64,000 bases of DNA, from positions 524,316 to 588,315 of the forward strand of contig OZ241328.1 of NCBI GenBank assembly GCA_965199995.1, written 5' to 3'. Each line of letters begins with the position of its first letter. Positions within the stretch are counted from its first letter, which is position 1. Shown here piece after piece: positions 46,066-55,833 of the stretch. Source of the stretch: Dehalococcoidia bacterium. GTDB lineage: Bacteria; Chloroflexota; Dehalococcoidia; Lucifugimonadales; UBA3495. The notes below the pieces were generated by a model. The model was not told the origin of the DNA and did not search any database. It saw only the letters and a list, made by a program, of their open reading frames with translations. The position numbers and the translations under genes were made by a program.

Positions 46066-47134
46066 TCAGAAAGTTGATAACGTCGCCATCTTTCACCGGG
46101 TAGGTCTTGCCTTCGGAGCGCAGTACTCCCTCTTTGCGGCCTTGGGCAATGCTGCCGCAGCGAATCAGGTCGTCGTAGTGAATCACTTCGGCGCGGATGA
46201 ACCCCCGGGTAAAGTCCGTGTGGATTGTTCCTGCGGCGTCCAGGGCGGGTATCCCGTCGGGAACGGGCCAGGCGCGGACTTCATCTTCGCCCACGGTCAG
46301 AAACGAGACCAATCCCACGGTGTCATAGCAGACCTGCTTGACTCGGTCTACGGCGGACTCGCTGATGCCGAGGGCGTCGCGGAACTCTTCTCCCTCTTCT
46401 TCGGGCATGGACGCCAAGTCTGCTTCCAGTCGGGCGCATAGCTGAACCTCCCCCAGCCCGGCGGTCATTTCCGGGGGCAACCCCAGACCAGACAACACTG
46501 GCGTTCCGGCGGACTCGCCGGTGTTGAAGGCAACGACGATGGGTTTATCCGTGAGCAACTGGTAGTCGGACATAGCCGAGCGTTCCGATGCTGATAATTC
46601 CTGGTGTCGCATACGGATGCCGGACTCGAGGAAATCCTTCACTTTACGCACTGCGTCCGCCTGAGCCTGAACTGCCGGACGCTCGGCGGGGCGGGTCTTG
46701 CGGAGGGCATCGTCAAAGCGGGTTTCTGCGCGCTCCAGAGTTTCTAGGTCTGCAAGGGTCAGTTCATTGAGCATTTCGGACAATTCGCTGGCCGGATTGG
46801 CGGGGCCTTGCAAGTCGTCCTCGAAAGCCCTTACCACCAGGAGCAGCGAGTCGGCGCCCTGGAGGATGTTGCGGTGCCGGCCTGAGAGCGTCTGATGGCG
46901 GTTAGCCCGGTCTGCGGGAGCGGGAGGCAAGTCCCAGAACTTGATTTCTGCGAGGACTGTTTTGCGGGGATGATACATCTCTTTCAGCACGGCAATCCGG
47001 CTGTCTACAACCTTGACCACTCCCACCTGCACTGGGCCGGCGCTTCCGCCGTCCGTGGTGGCGTGTCCTGAAGTAAGAGCATTGAAAGTAGCGGTCTTGC
47101 CGCTCAAGGGAAGGCCGATGATAGCGATGTCCAT
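46055..47134 (-). CDS. ychF: redox-regulated ATPase YchF
   Basis: 359 aa. IIGLPLSGKTATFNALT P-loop and C-terminal TGS/DUF933 region (IHTDFTRGFIRAEV). Confidence 0.88.
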   Translation of the reverse strand: MDIAIIGLPLSGKTATFNALTSGHATTDGGSAGPVQVGVVKVVDSRIAVLKEMYHPRKTVLAEIKFWDLPPAPADRANRHQTLSGRHRNILQGADSLLLVVRAFEDDLQGPANPASELSEMLNELTLADLETLERAETRFDDALRKTRPAERPAVQAQADAVRKVKDFLESGIRMRHQELSASERSAMSDYQLLTDKPIVVAFNTGESAGTPVLSGLGLPPEMTAGLGEVQLCARLEADLASMPEEEGEEFRDALGISESAVDRVKQVCYDTVGLVSFLTVGEDEVRAWPVPDGIPALDAAGTIHTDFTRGFIRAEVIHYDDLIRCGSIAQGRKEGVLRSEGKTYPVKDGDVINFLINT

Positions 47135-47244
47135 GCCTGGGTTGTGCTCCTGTCAATTCTGGTTCGGATCGGGTTATGCCAACATATTTCTTATTGCCCG
47201 GTAATTGGTGATTTGCCGGAGCGACGGGACGAAGGTTGAATACC

Positions 47245-47544
47245 CTATATCCTACAACAGCCCGGCAACAGCCCGGCTGCTTCGGTCTGCTGGGCGGTGT
47301 CGGCCGGCAGGGTTCCTGCAAACGTCCGTCCGCCGGTTAAAGTAATTTGCCAGCGGCTTTCTGGGCTTTTAAGGAGCTTATAAGGGAAATCAAAGGGATA
47401 GACCGTCACCTCCGCCAGCGCCAGCAATGCGGTGGGCTTTCCCGAATTGTTCGGGCCGACAAACAGGTTCACTCGCTCGTCGAACTCGAAGGTGATGTCG
47501 TCGAAAGGCCCTGCGTTAGTGATTCTGAAACTGCTTACAGGCAT
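47245..47544 (-). pseudogene. N-terminal remnant of an SMC/RecF-like AAA ATPase
   Basis: 99 aa. FRITNAGPFDDITFEFDERVNLFVGPNNSGKPTALL has a degenerate Walker A (GKP instead of GKS/T). No Walker B or signature region follows. Confidence 0.5.
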
Positions 47545-47575
47545 TCTGCGTCCCGGCGGCTCCCCTTCGGGGCCG

Positions 47576-48697
47576 CTAATAAGATTGGAAGAGGCGGCCC
47601 CATTCGGTCTTAAGGGCGGCCTCTATGCGGCGGCGGCCCTTGGTCTTGAGCCAGTAGCCGTTGTGATACAGGTTCGAGGCCAGGAAAGCCCAGCCAACTA
47701 TCGGGCTTCGCAGCAGCATATTCTCCAAGGGCTTGAGCGGTCCCCAATAGATGAGCTTCTGTCCCCGGCTGGCAAAGGTATTCTCAACGCCGGAGAACTT
47801 CCAGTTGACGTCGCTGATGTCCTCGCCCCGCACGTCAATATCAGCGATTTCGCCGCAGCCCAGGCCGCGCTCGTGAGCCAGGCGTATGAAGGGGATGCTC
47901 ATAGGGTCGAAGCCCATCATCTTTGCGGCCACAGCGTCTATCGCCACTTGGTCGGCACTGGCCAGGATGCGGTTCTTGACGTGCCAGCGCATGGCGCGGG
48001 GGCCTGGGCCGTCGCCGGCGAAGGTGCCGTCCATCACCGCGAACAGGCCTGGGTGAATTTCCTGCTGGATGGCCAGCAGGTCAACCAGGGTCTCATGGAT
48101 GACCGAGTGGGTCCAGTGGCGCTTGCGGTGCAGCAGCCCCCCGAAGGCGTTCTTCATGGCGCCGGTCATAGTAGTGAACACGTGAGTCTTCATCGTGGGG
48201 AGCTGGACGATGTTGGTTCCTGGGAAGGATTCCGGTATCTGTATGCCCTCGGGGAAAATATCGTCCAGCGCCAGCATCTCGGCGCGGGGCTTGTAGTCAA
48301 TCCAGCGATTGGGCGGGCTGTCCAGGTGGATGGCCGACAATCCGACTCGATCTTGGGCGGCCTTATGCCTATTGTTGGCTTCACCTTCGTAGGAATCTAC
48401 GACTACCGTGCCGTTGTGGGCGGCTATCAGGTCGTTATGCCCCATGGCCCTAAGCGTGTTGGCAACGCCCTCAATCTGCCAGGGAGTTGACGAGCATCCC
48501 GGATACCAGTGCTGCCAGGATATGTTCACCTTGAGCAGGGTGCGATTTCCCGGGGGCAGGAACTCGCCGGCGCCGGCCAGGGCCATAGCGCGGGCGATGT
48601 CGTCCAGCACCGTCTCTGGCGTGGCGGCAACTACGGCGACCACTGGAGCCGTGGCAGTTCGGGCCGAGGGGTGGACAGGGGCTTGTTGGGTCTGCAT
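47576..48697 (-). CDS. DUF362 domain-containing protein
   Basis: 373 aa. The LLKVNISW...TTPWQIEGV-like core resembles DUF362. Confidence 0.5.
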   Translation of the reverse strand: MQTQQAPVHPSARTATAPVVAVVAATPETVLDDIARAMALAGAGEFLPPGNRTLLKVNISWQHWYPGCSSTPWQIEGVANTLRAMGHNDLIAAHNGTVVVDSYEGEANNRHKAAQDRVGLSAIHLDSPPNRWIDYKPRAEMLALDDIFPEGIQIPESFPGTNIVQLPTMKTHVFTTMTGAMKNAFGGLLHRKRHWTHSVIHETLVDLLAIQQEIHPGLFAVMDGTFAGDGPGPRAMRWHVKNRILASADQVAIDAVAAKMMGFDPMSIPFIRLAHERGLGCGEIADIDVRGEDISDVNWKFSGVENTFASRGQKLIYWGPLKPLENMLLRSPIVGWAFLASNLYHNGYWLKTKGRRRIEAALKTEWGRLFQSY

Positions 48698-48796
48698 CTA
48701 ATTCATCCTGAGCTTATCGAGGGAGTTATACCGCATCTAGCCGACGAGATTCCCTGCGAGCTGGGCGCGCTGCTGTGCGCCCAATAACATATTATC

Positions 48797-49687
48797 CTAC
48801 CCGTTTAACAGGAGCACCACCGCCGACACCGCCAGCCAGGCAACGATGCACGCTATCAGCGGAAGGTCTCGCACCATCAACTGCTCTGGAGCCTCGGCGT
48901 GGTTGCTGGTGTTCAGAAGGTACAGGTACCGGAACAGCCCCAGCGCCACCAGCGGCAGGGTGAACAGCATGGCGTTGTTGTCGGGCAGATTTTCCGCTTC
49001 GATGGTATATAAAGTATAGCTGAGCAACGCCGCCGTTGCCGAGATGTTCAGGAGTTGGGATATGAACGGCCCGGGATAGTGGGCAAGCACCCGGCGTTGA
49101 AGGGCCGCGTTGTCCCCGGCTATACGGACTTCGGCGTACCGGCGGCCTAGGACGATGAACAACGCCCCGGCCCCGGTGGTGGTGTAGAGCCAGGGCGATG
49201 GGTCGACGTCTATGGCTAGCGCCCCAGAAACGGCGCGGATGACATAGCCGCTGGCTACCGAGAACACGTCTAGCAGCGCCACGTTCTTGCCGCCAAGGCA
49301 ATAGACCGCGTTGATGGCGAGATAGACGGCGGAGACAAGCAACAGGGGCAGTCCTACGTACCCCATGGCGGCCAGTCCGGCGATGGTCAGGAGGGCAATC
49401 AGCGCAGTGGCCGCCGGGATTCCTACTCGGCCGGAGGCGATGGGCCGGTGCCGCTTTCGGGGATGCTCGCGGTCGGCGCGGCGGTCCATCAGGTCATTGA
49501 AGATGTAAACGCCGCTGGACAAGGCGCAGAAGCCAAGGAACAGCATAGCCAGCTGCCCCAGCAGTTGGGGGATGTCTCCCAGCGCATCCACTGACCAGGC
49601 GATCTCTACGGCGAACAGGAAGGGGAGAAACACCAGACCGTTCTTGACCCATTGCAACGGTCTGAGAAGGCGGAATACGTCTGCCAT
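48797..49687 (-). CDS. UbiA-family prenyltransferase, decaprenyl-phosphate phosphoribosyltransferase-like
   Basis: 296 aa. LRPLQWVKNGLVFLPFLFA and NDLMDRRADREHPRKRHRPIASG. Confidence 0.7.
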   Translation of the reverse strand: MADVFRLLRPLQWVKNGLVFLPFLFAVEIAWSVDALGDIPQLLGQLAMLFLGFCALSSGVYIFNDLMDRRADREHPRKRHRPIASGRVGIPAATALIALLTIAGLAAMGYVGLPLLLVSAVYLAINAVYCLGGKNVALLDVFSVASGYVIRAVSGALAIDVDPSPWLYTTTGAGALFIVLGRRYAEVRIAGDNAALQRRVLAHYPGPFISQLLNISATAALLSYTLYTIEAENLPDNNAMLFTLPLVALGLFRYLYLLNTSNHAEAPEQLMVRDLPLIACIVAWLAVSAVVLLLNG

Positions 49688-49696
49688 TTACCGAAC

Positions 49697-50095
49697 CTAA
49701 CGGCGCGGGGCGCCCGCCGGCCCCGGAGGGGTCGATGGGGAGGCCCTTTCGATGCCCCGCAGCAGGGAGTACCAGGCGCCGAGAAACGACATACTGCCAT
49801 AGTAGAAAGTGGCCACCACCACTCCGCCCCACAGCAGGAACGGGTAGGCGAAATCTCCGGCCAGCGTAACTATGACAGCCGCGGCCACCGTTATGACTCC
49901 CACAACGGAGCCCAGCCACAAACCGTAAGCCAAGGCCTTCCGGCCCGGCGAACCGGGGTAATCTCTGGCCGGATTGATTCCGAAATAGCCTGCGATGAAG
50001 GGGCCGGCGGGCACTCCCACGAAATGCACAACGGGGATAATGGCTAGAAGGAGAACCACTCCTAGCCCGATGAACACGCCTTTAATCATTGCCAC
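49697..50095 (-). CDS. hypothetical integral membrane protein
   Basis: 132 aa with four predicted hydrophobic segments. GTG at 50095 or ATG at 50089. A TATAAT -10 lies on the minus strand at 50134-50129. Confidence 0.5.
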   Translation of the reverse strand: MAMIKGVFIGLGVVLLLAIIPVVHFVGVPAGPFIAGYFGINPARDYPGSPGRKALAYGLWLGSVVGVITVAAAVIVTLAGDFAYPFLLWGGVVVATFYYGSMSFLGAWYSLLRGIERASPSTPPGPAGAPRR

Positions 50096-50153
50096 AAGCC
50101 AACCGAGAGGAGTATAAACAGCGCCGGTATTATATCCGAAAAGCGTCCTCTTT

Positions 50154-50830
50154 CCCGGACGTTATTGGCCCGGACGTTATTGGCCCGGACGTTATTGGCC
50201 CGGACGTTATTGGCCCGGACGTTATTGGCCCGGACGTTATTGGCCCGGACGTTATTGGCCCGGACGTTATTGGCCCGGACGTTATTGGCCCGGACGTTAT
50301 TGGCCCGGACGTTATTGGCCCGGACGTTATTGGCCCGGACGTTATTGGCCCGGACGTTATTGGCCCGGACGTTATTGGCCCGGACGTTATTGGCCCGGAC
50401 GTTATTGGCCCGGACGTTATTGGCCCGGACGTTATTGGCCCGGACGTTATTGGCCCGGACGTTATTGGCCCGGACGTTATTGGCCCGGACGTTATTGGCC
50501 CGGACGTTATTGGCCCGGACGTTATTGGCCCGGACGTTATTGGCCCGGACGTTATTGGCCCGGACGTTATTGGCCCGGACGTTATTGGCCCGGACGTTAT
50601 TGGCCCGGACGTTATTGGCCCGGACGTTATTGGCCCGGACGTTATTGGCCCGGACGTTATTGGCCCGGACGTTATTGGCCCGGACGTTATTGGCCCGGAC
50701 GTTATTGGCCCGGACGTTATTGGCCCGGACGTTATTGGCCCGGACGTTATTGGCCCGGACGTTATTGGCCCGGACGTTATTGGCCCGGACGTTATTGGCC
50801 CGGACGTTATTGGCCCGGACGTTATTGGAC
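50154..50830. repeat. perfect 15-bp tandem array, 44 full units plus partial ends (~45 copies; unit gttattggcccggac)
   Basis: Eleven consecutive 60-nt lines (50161-50820) are identical, each holding four units. The array is intergenic between divergent genes. Confidence 0.97.
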
Positions 50831-50857
50831 AGATAGAGTAATCGAGGAGGCCCATAT

Positions 50858-51250
50858 TTGTCTGGCGGCGATAATTCCCCTTTCCTGCGTTTCGTTGGCA
50901 TTGAAGAAGGTCTGTCGGAGAAGGGCGTAGGCAGCGTTTCGATGGCAATTCAGCCCCATCACCTTCAGGCCGCCGGTCAGGTTCACGGCGGGCTGATGGC
51001 GGTTCTGGTGGATACTGCCTTTTTCCGCGCCGTCCGCTCCACACTGGCGCCGAATCAGCGTACCACCACTGTCGAGCTGAAGGTGAATTTCCTGGAGAGC
51101 GCGAGCTCCGGCTGCCTCACCGCCACTGCCAGGATAATCGGCAGCAGTAACCGCCTGACGGTTGCGGACGTTGAAGTCGTCTCGGACGATGGCCGGCTTG
51201 TAGCTCAGGGCCTCGGAACATTCCTTGTTATGAACGGGGAAAGCGGCTGA
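50858..51250 (+). CDS. PaaI-family (hotdog fold) thioesterase
   Basis: 130 aa. TTG start with a GAGGAGG RBS at 50844-50850. HHLQAAGQVHGGLMAVLVDTA motif. Confidence 0.75.
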   Translation: MSGGDNSPFLRFVGIEEGLSEKGVGSVSMAIQPHHLQAAGQVHGGLMAVLVDTAFFRAVRSTLAPNQRTTTVELKVNFLESASSGCLTATARIIGSSNRLTVADVEVVSDDGRLVAQGLGTFLVMNGESG

Positions 51251-51312
51251 AGGCGAGACGGCTCATTCCCTGCGGCATGGCTGCGTCTTAATGGTCTTGA
51301 AAGCGCAACCGG

Positions 51313-52842
51313 CTACTCGGTTACCCCCCGCGCCCGGTATTGCAGGGCTTCTGCGAGATGGGCAACGCCGATGGTATCCGCGCCGGCAAGGTCAGCGATA
51401 GTGCGCGAGACTTTCAGCACCCGGTGGAATGCCCGGGCCGATAGATTGAGGCGCTGGGCAGCGGTATGGAGCAGGCTTTTTGCCCCATCTTCCAGCGAAC
51501 AGTGTTGCGTGACTTCTGCCGGCCCCATTTCCGAGTTGCAGAGGAACCCGCCGCCCTTAAAACGCTCGCGCTGCACTTCCCGCGCCTGCTCTACTCGCTG
51601 GCGAGGGTAGCTGGAGTCTTCGGCGGGGCGGTGTTCCACCAGTTTCTCATACTCCACCGGGGGGACTTCGACGAACACGTCCACCCGGTCCATCAGCGGC
51701 CCGCTGATTTTCCTCTGGTAACGGGCAACGGAAGACGGATTGCAGGTGCATTCCTTGACCGGGTGGCTGTGAAAACCGCAAGGGCAGGGGTTCATGGCGG
51801 CCACCATCATAAAGCTGGCGGGATAGGTAACGCTGCCCGTGACGCGGCTGATGGTCACTACCTTGTCTTCCAGCGGCTGACGTAGGGACTCCAGCGCGGC
51901 ATGGTTGAACTCAGGCAACTCATCGAGGAACAGCACTCCGCGATGGCTCAGCGTGATTTCGCCGGGGCGCAGGGTGCGGCCGCCGCCCACCAGACCGGCG
52001 TTGGAGATGGTGTAGTGGGGCGAACGGAAGGGACGTTGTAGCATCAAGGGGTTCTCGCTCTGGAGGCCGCCGTTGACGCTATATATCTTGGTGACTTCCA
52101 AGGCTTCCTGTGGGGCCATGCGCGGCAGAATTGAAGGAAGGCAACGAGCAAGCAGGGTTTTGCCGCTGCCCGGAGGGCCGCTGAACAGCAGGTTGTGGAA
52201 CCCAGCGGCGGCGACTTCCAGCGCCCGCTTGGCGTGGTCTTGGCCGCGGATATGAGCCAAGTCCATCGGGTCGTTCACCCGCGGCAGATCCGAGCATCTG
52301 GTCCATCCGTCTCCCTGCATCGGTTGCAGCAGGGCGTCTCCCCGCAGGTGCCGCACCACGGAGTCCAGCGTTGCGGCGGGGTAAACTGTGATGTCTTCCA
52401 CCAGCGAGGCTTCTTCGGCGTTCATCTCTGGCACGAAAACCGAATCGTAGCCTTGGTCGCGGGCGACCGACGCCATGGCGAGAATCCCGTTGGTGTGGCG
52501 CAGGCTGCCGTCCAGCGACAGCTCGCCCAGGAAAACAGCCCCGGCGGGCGCCGATTCGAGCTGGCCGGAGCTCAGCAGGATGCCGATGGCAATGGGCAGG
52601 TCGTAGGCTGGTCCTTCCTTCTTCAAGTCTGCCGGGGCTAGGTTGACGGTGATGCGCCGCATGGGAAACTCGCAGCCGCTGTTGCGCAGGGCGGCGCGAA
52701 CCCGCTCCTTGGACTCCTGGACTGCCGTGTCCGCTAGTCCCACCATGTTGAACTTGGGAAGCCCTGGGGAAAGGTCTACCTCGACCCTGATGATGAATCC
52801 TTCCAGTCCTACCGTAGCGCAGGAATTGGTGCAGGCTAACAC
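51313..52842 (-). CDS. comM: YifB/ComM-family Mg-chelatase-like AAA ATPase
   Basis: 509 aa. N-terminal Lon-like domain, GPPGSGKT and VLFLDELPEF. Confidence 0.9.
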   Translation of the reverse strand: MLACTNSCATVGLEGFIIRVEVDLSPGLPKFNMVGLADTAVQESKERVRAALRNSGCEFPMRRITVNLAPADLKKEGPAYDLPIAIGILLSSGQLESAPAGAVFLGELSLDGSLRHTNGILAMASVARDQGYDSVFVPEMNAEEASLVEDITVYPAATLDSVVRHLRGDALLQPMQGDGWTRCSDLPRVNDPMDLAHIRGQDHAKRALEVAAAGFHNLLFSGPPGSGKTLLARCLPSILPRMAPQEALEVTKIYSVNGGLQSENPLMLQRPFRSPHYTISNAGLVGGGRTLRPGEITLSHRGVLFLDELPEFNHAALESLRQPLEDKVVTISRVTGSVTYPASFMMVAAMNPCPCGFHSHPVKECTCNPSSVARYQRKISGPLMDRVDVFVEVPPVEYEKLVEHRPAEDSSYPRQRVEQAREVQRERFKGGGFLCNSEMGPAEVTQHCSLEDGAKSLLHTAAQRLNLSARAFHRVLKVSRTIADLAGADTIGVAHLAEALQYRARGVTE

Positions 52843-53024
52843 GCGCTCCTCCCTTTGCTCTCTTGACTAGCCCCGCACTTTCGCTACCGGACAGCGGGGA
52901 GGCGAGCTGTAGGTTTGTCCGGTACTCGGCTCCCCTGAACTATATTGCGCTAGAACATATTTTCGCAAGAGGCAGTTGTCATAAATTTGGGGGGGGGTAG
53001 TTATTGCTCTTATACCAAAGGGTT

Positions 53025-53049
53025 GGGTTCCCGCTTTCGAGGGAATAAC
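53025..53049. repeat. REP hairpin copy (short form)
   Basis: gggttcccgctttcgagggaataac, followed by degenerate ggaatga-like units up to about 53100. Confidence 0.6.
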
Positions 53050-53128
53050 AAAGCAAGACAGGAATGATAGAGAAGGGAAAATGACAGAGAAGGGAGGCTT
53101 TCGGGCAGGTTTGGGGCACGGGGACAGG

Positions 53129-54877
53129 TTACTGCGTTTCGGGAGCGCTGACGCGGACGGTGATGATGTCGGTATCATGATATTGCTGGTGCTTTACCGA
53201 CGAGGCGAAGCTGCGCAGCAACAGGAGAGAAAGCTCGTTTTCTGCCGGCTCTTGAGTGTCATGTTGCTGGAGCTGGCGGACTTGGTCTTCTATATTGCCT
53301 TCTCCGCCGCCGCCAATAAACTCCAGGTCCGCTACATTGCCATCGCCAGAGGCAATGACGACCAGTTGACGCTGCTGTTCGGGATTTTCGCTGGTATCGG
53401 ACCCGTCGAGGTTCAGCGGGGCTAGGGTTAACAGGGTCTCTTCCGCTACTGCGCTCAAGCGCTCCTTCATGGCGTCGTTCCATCCCCGGCGCGCCGCAAA
53501 TCTGGAGATAAACTCATTGAGAGCCGGCAGGGTGTCTATATGGAGCTTCGAGGTGAAGCGCATCCCCCGAGGATTGGTGTACTCCAGATACAGAATCATG
53601 ACCACTATGGCCACGCCCCCGGTGGTTATTCCGCTCTTTAGTAGTGTTCCCCACACCGACCCTTCGTCGGGCAATGAGAACAGTCCGAACTGGAAAGCCG
53701 CGCCAATCCAGAAACATACCCCTGCTAGAAGGACTCTTTGTCGGTTTTGCTCACTCTGTATGACCGTCCGCGCCCCTTCAACAAACAGTCCGCCCGATAG
53801 TACTATTAGGTATCCCGCGATGACCGGGCCCGGAATAGTGCTGAGCAACCCGGAAATTTTGGGGAGAAGGGCGACCACGATTAACAGGGCGCCCATGCAA
53901 TAGCCGACTCTGCGAGAGGCTACTCCGGTGGTCTGCGTGTAAGAGACAGTGCCAGGATTGACGATGTTGGGCACTGCGCTGGCGATGCTGGCTAGAAGAT
54001 TAGTAACTCCGGTGCCGGCCAACGCCCCCTGCACCTGACGAAAGTCAACGGCCCGCTGGTCTCGCCACGCCACCCGCTGCTGGGTGATGGCTTCTCCGTT
54101 GCACTGGATGGAAATCACCACGCCGAGAAACAGGAAAGCCGGAAGCAACGTCCAGAAGGAGACGCCGAAATCCAGGCCCAGCCCGGGCCATGAGGAGGGA
54201 AAACCAAACCAGGGCGCCTTAATCACTGCTTCGGAGTCATAGAATCCGAACCCGGCGGCCACGGCGCAGCCGATAATCAAGCCTATCACCGGGCCCCACA
54301 GGCGAAGTATGGCTGAACCCCGAAGTATGAGAGCGGCAATAACGCCCAGGGTAATCAGCGCGGTGATCGGCCCTCCCACCGGTTCCTCCGGCACGTCCTG
54401 CATCAGTCGTGGAACTACCGAGGCAAGGGTAATGGACAGTATCATCAACACCGTGCCGCCCACTGTGGGCGTCACGATTCTGCGGAGGATGAACAGCCAG
54501 CGGGAGATGACCAGTTGTAGCCCTGCGGAAACGAGAACCAAGGCAGTCAGCGTAGCCGGCCCCCCGTCCACTACCGCTGAGATACAGAACGGTATGGAAA
54601 AGGCGGCAGTGAACATGGGCAGGACTGCCCCGGCGCCGATGGGGCCGATGCGCCGCACCTGGATAAAGGTGGACAGACCGCAGACCACCAAGGAGGCGAA
54701 GACCATCCATATCAGGTAGGAGTCATCCCTTCCGGATGCCTTTGCGACTACCACAGGGGTTACCAGCAAGGTAACCGAGGCCACGAGGCTGAACTGGGCC
54801 CCATAGCCGAGGGAGGCCATAAGAGGAGGGTTTTCGTGGGCCTCGTATTGGGGGTTCTGTGAAGGCGATGATGCCAA
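53129..54877 (-). CDS. NCS2/SLC23-like nucleobase permease with a ~150-aa cytoplasmic C-terminal domain
   Basis: 582 aa. About 12 hydrophobic segments are followed by a soluble domain (FISRFAARRGWNDAMKERL...). The family call is by overall resemblance only. Confidence 0.5.
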   Translation of the reverse strand: MASSPSQNPQYEAHENPPLMASLGYGAQFSLVASVTLLVTPVVVAKASGRDDSYLIWMVFASLVVCGLSTFIQVRRIGPIGAGAVLPMFTAAFSIPFCISAVVDGGPATLTALVLVSAGLQLVISRWLFILRRIVTPTVGGTVLMILSITLASVVPRLMQDVPEEPVGGPITALITLGVIAALILRGSAILRLWGPVIGLIIGCAVAAGFGFYDSEAVIKAPWFGFPSSWPGLGLDFGVSFWTLLPAFLFLGVVISIQCNGEAITQQRVAWRDQRAVDFRQVQGALAGTGVTNLLASIASAVPNIVNPGTVSYTQTTGVASRRVGYCMGALLIVVALLPKISGLLSTIPGPVIAGYLIVLSGGLFVEGARTVIQSEQNRQRVLLAGVCFWIGAAFQFGLFSLPDEGSVWGTLLKSGITTGGVAIVVMILYLEYTNPRGMRFTSKLHIDTLPALNEFISRFAARRGWNDAMKERLSAVAEETLLTLAPLNLDGSDTSENPEQQRQLVVIASGDGNVADLEFIGGGGEGNIEDQVRQLQQHDTQEPAENELSLLLLRSFASSVKHQQYHDTDIITVRVSAPETQ

Positions 54878-54990
54878 GACCGTCTCCCGGCCTCAATTGC
54901 TTGGGGATAGAAAATTGCTGCGAGTAATACTATAACAGAATTGCATTCTTTGCCTCAGCGTCGCGGCTGTCATAAGAATCGCGGCTGCCT

Positions 54991-55806
54991 TTATCCGCTA
55001 ATCGTGATGCGGTAAAGGTCGTAGGCGGCGCTGATGGGCCCGGAGTATTTCTGGGCGGCGTCATCCAGCAACGGCGTCTGGTCTATGTGGAAGGCGTTGT
55101 CTATGTGGGTCAAGACTAGTTGACCCACCGAAGCCTGCTCCCCGGAGCGGGCGGCGTCTCCCGAAGTTGAGTGGAGGCGTCCGGTCGCTCTCGCGTGGTC
55201 GGCATCGGTGGCGAGGGATTCGTGGATGAGCAGGTCGGCGCCCTGTGCTGCCTCTACCAGATTCCGGCTATAAGTGGTATCGCCAGAGAAGACTACAACT
55301 ATACCGCCGGACTCGATGCGCCAGCCGATGGAGCCGGGAATGTGGTCAACATCGAAAGACCACGCTACGGTCTCCGGCCCCAGCTCCAGCCGGTGGCCGC
55401 GGGGCGCTTCCCGCCAGCGCATCACCTCTCGCCCCGCGTGGTTGTAAGCGCTGTTCTCGCAGACTTCAGGCACTCGGCCCGCTACCGCCGTCTTGCGCAG
55501 TCCTTCCAGCCCCTGGGCGCTGCCATAGATTAGCAGAGGGGATTCCTCGAGAATTTCATGGGAACGGCGGCCCTGAATGAATGTAACGCCGGAAAGATGG
55601 TCCGGGTGGTCATGCGACAGCAGCACATGGTCGTAGTCGGATGCCCGGATTCCGGAGGCCTCGCCGTTGCGGAGCGCCGAGTTGCCGGAGCTGCCGTCCA
55701 GCAACAACGTAGAGCCGTCAGGGCAGCGGACGGCTATGGCGGTATGAGCGCGGGTGGTTGACATACCCGCGCCGGTACCGAGGAATATGACCTCCAATGT
55801 TCCCAT
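54991..55806 (-). CDS. MBL-fold metallo-hydrolase
   Basis: 271 aa. LLSHDHPDHLSG (HxHxDH). Paralogous to the adjacent gene. Confidence 0.8.
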   Translation of the reverse strand: MGTLEVIFLGTGAGMSTTRAHTAIAVRCPDGSTLLLDGSSGNSALRNGEASGIRASDYDHVLLSHDHPDHLSGVTFIQGRRSHEILEESPLLIYGSAQGLEGLRKTAVAGRVPEVCENSAYNHAGREVMRWREAPRGHRLELGPETVAWSFDVDHIPGSIGWRIESGGIVVVFSGDTTYSRNLVEAAQGADLLIHESLATDADHARATGRLHSTSGDAARSGEQASVGQLVLTHIDNAFHIDQTPLLDDAAQKYSGPISAAYDLYRITISG

Positions 55807-55833
55807 TCTTAGATGGTTCCCATTCTTAGACGC

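Noticed and set aside
50086-51044. Long ORFs through the 15-bp array in four frames (pentapeptide repeats PDVIG, ARTLL, RANNV, GPITS), including a 271-aa ORF with an ANNVR repeat that superficially recalls pentapeptide-repeat proteins.
   Set aside because: A 15-nt unit equals 5 codons and happens to lack stops in 5 of 6 frames, so long ORFs are automatic. There is no RBS before the ATG at 50901, the ORF is antisense to the PaaI gene start, and ANNVR lacks the central hydrophobic residue. Perfect nucleotide identity of all units also argues against a selected coding sequence.
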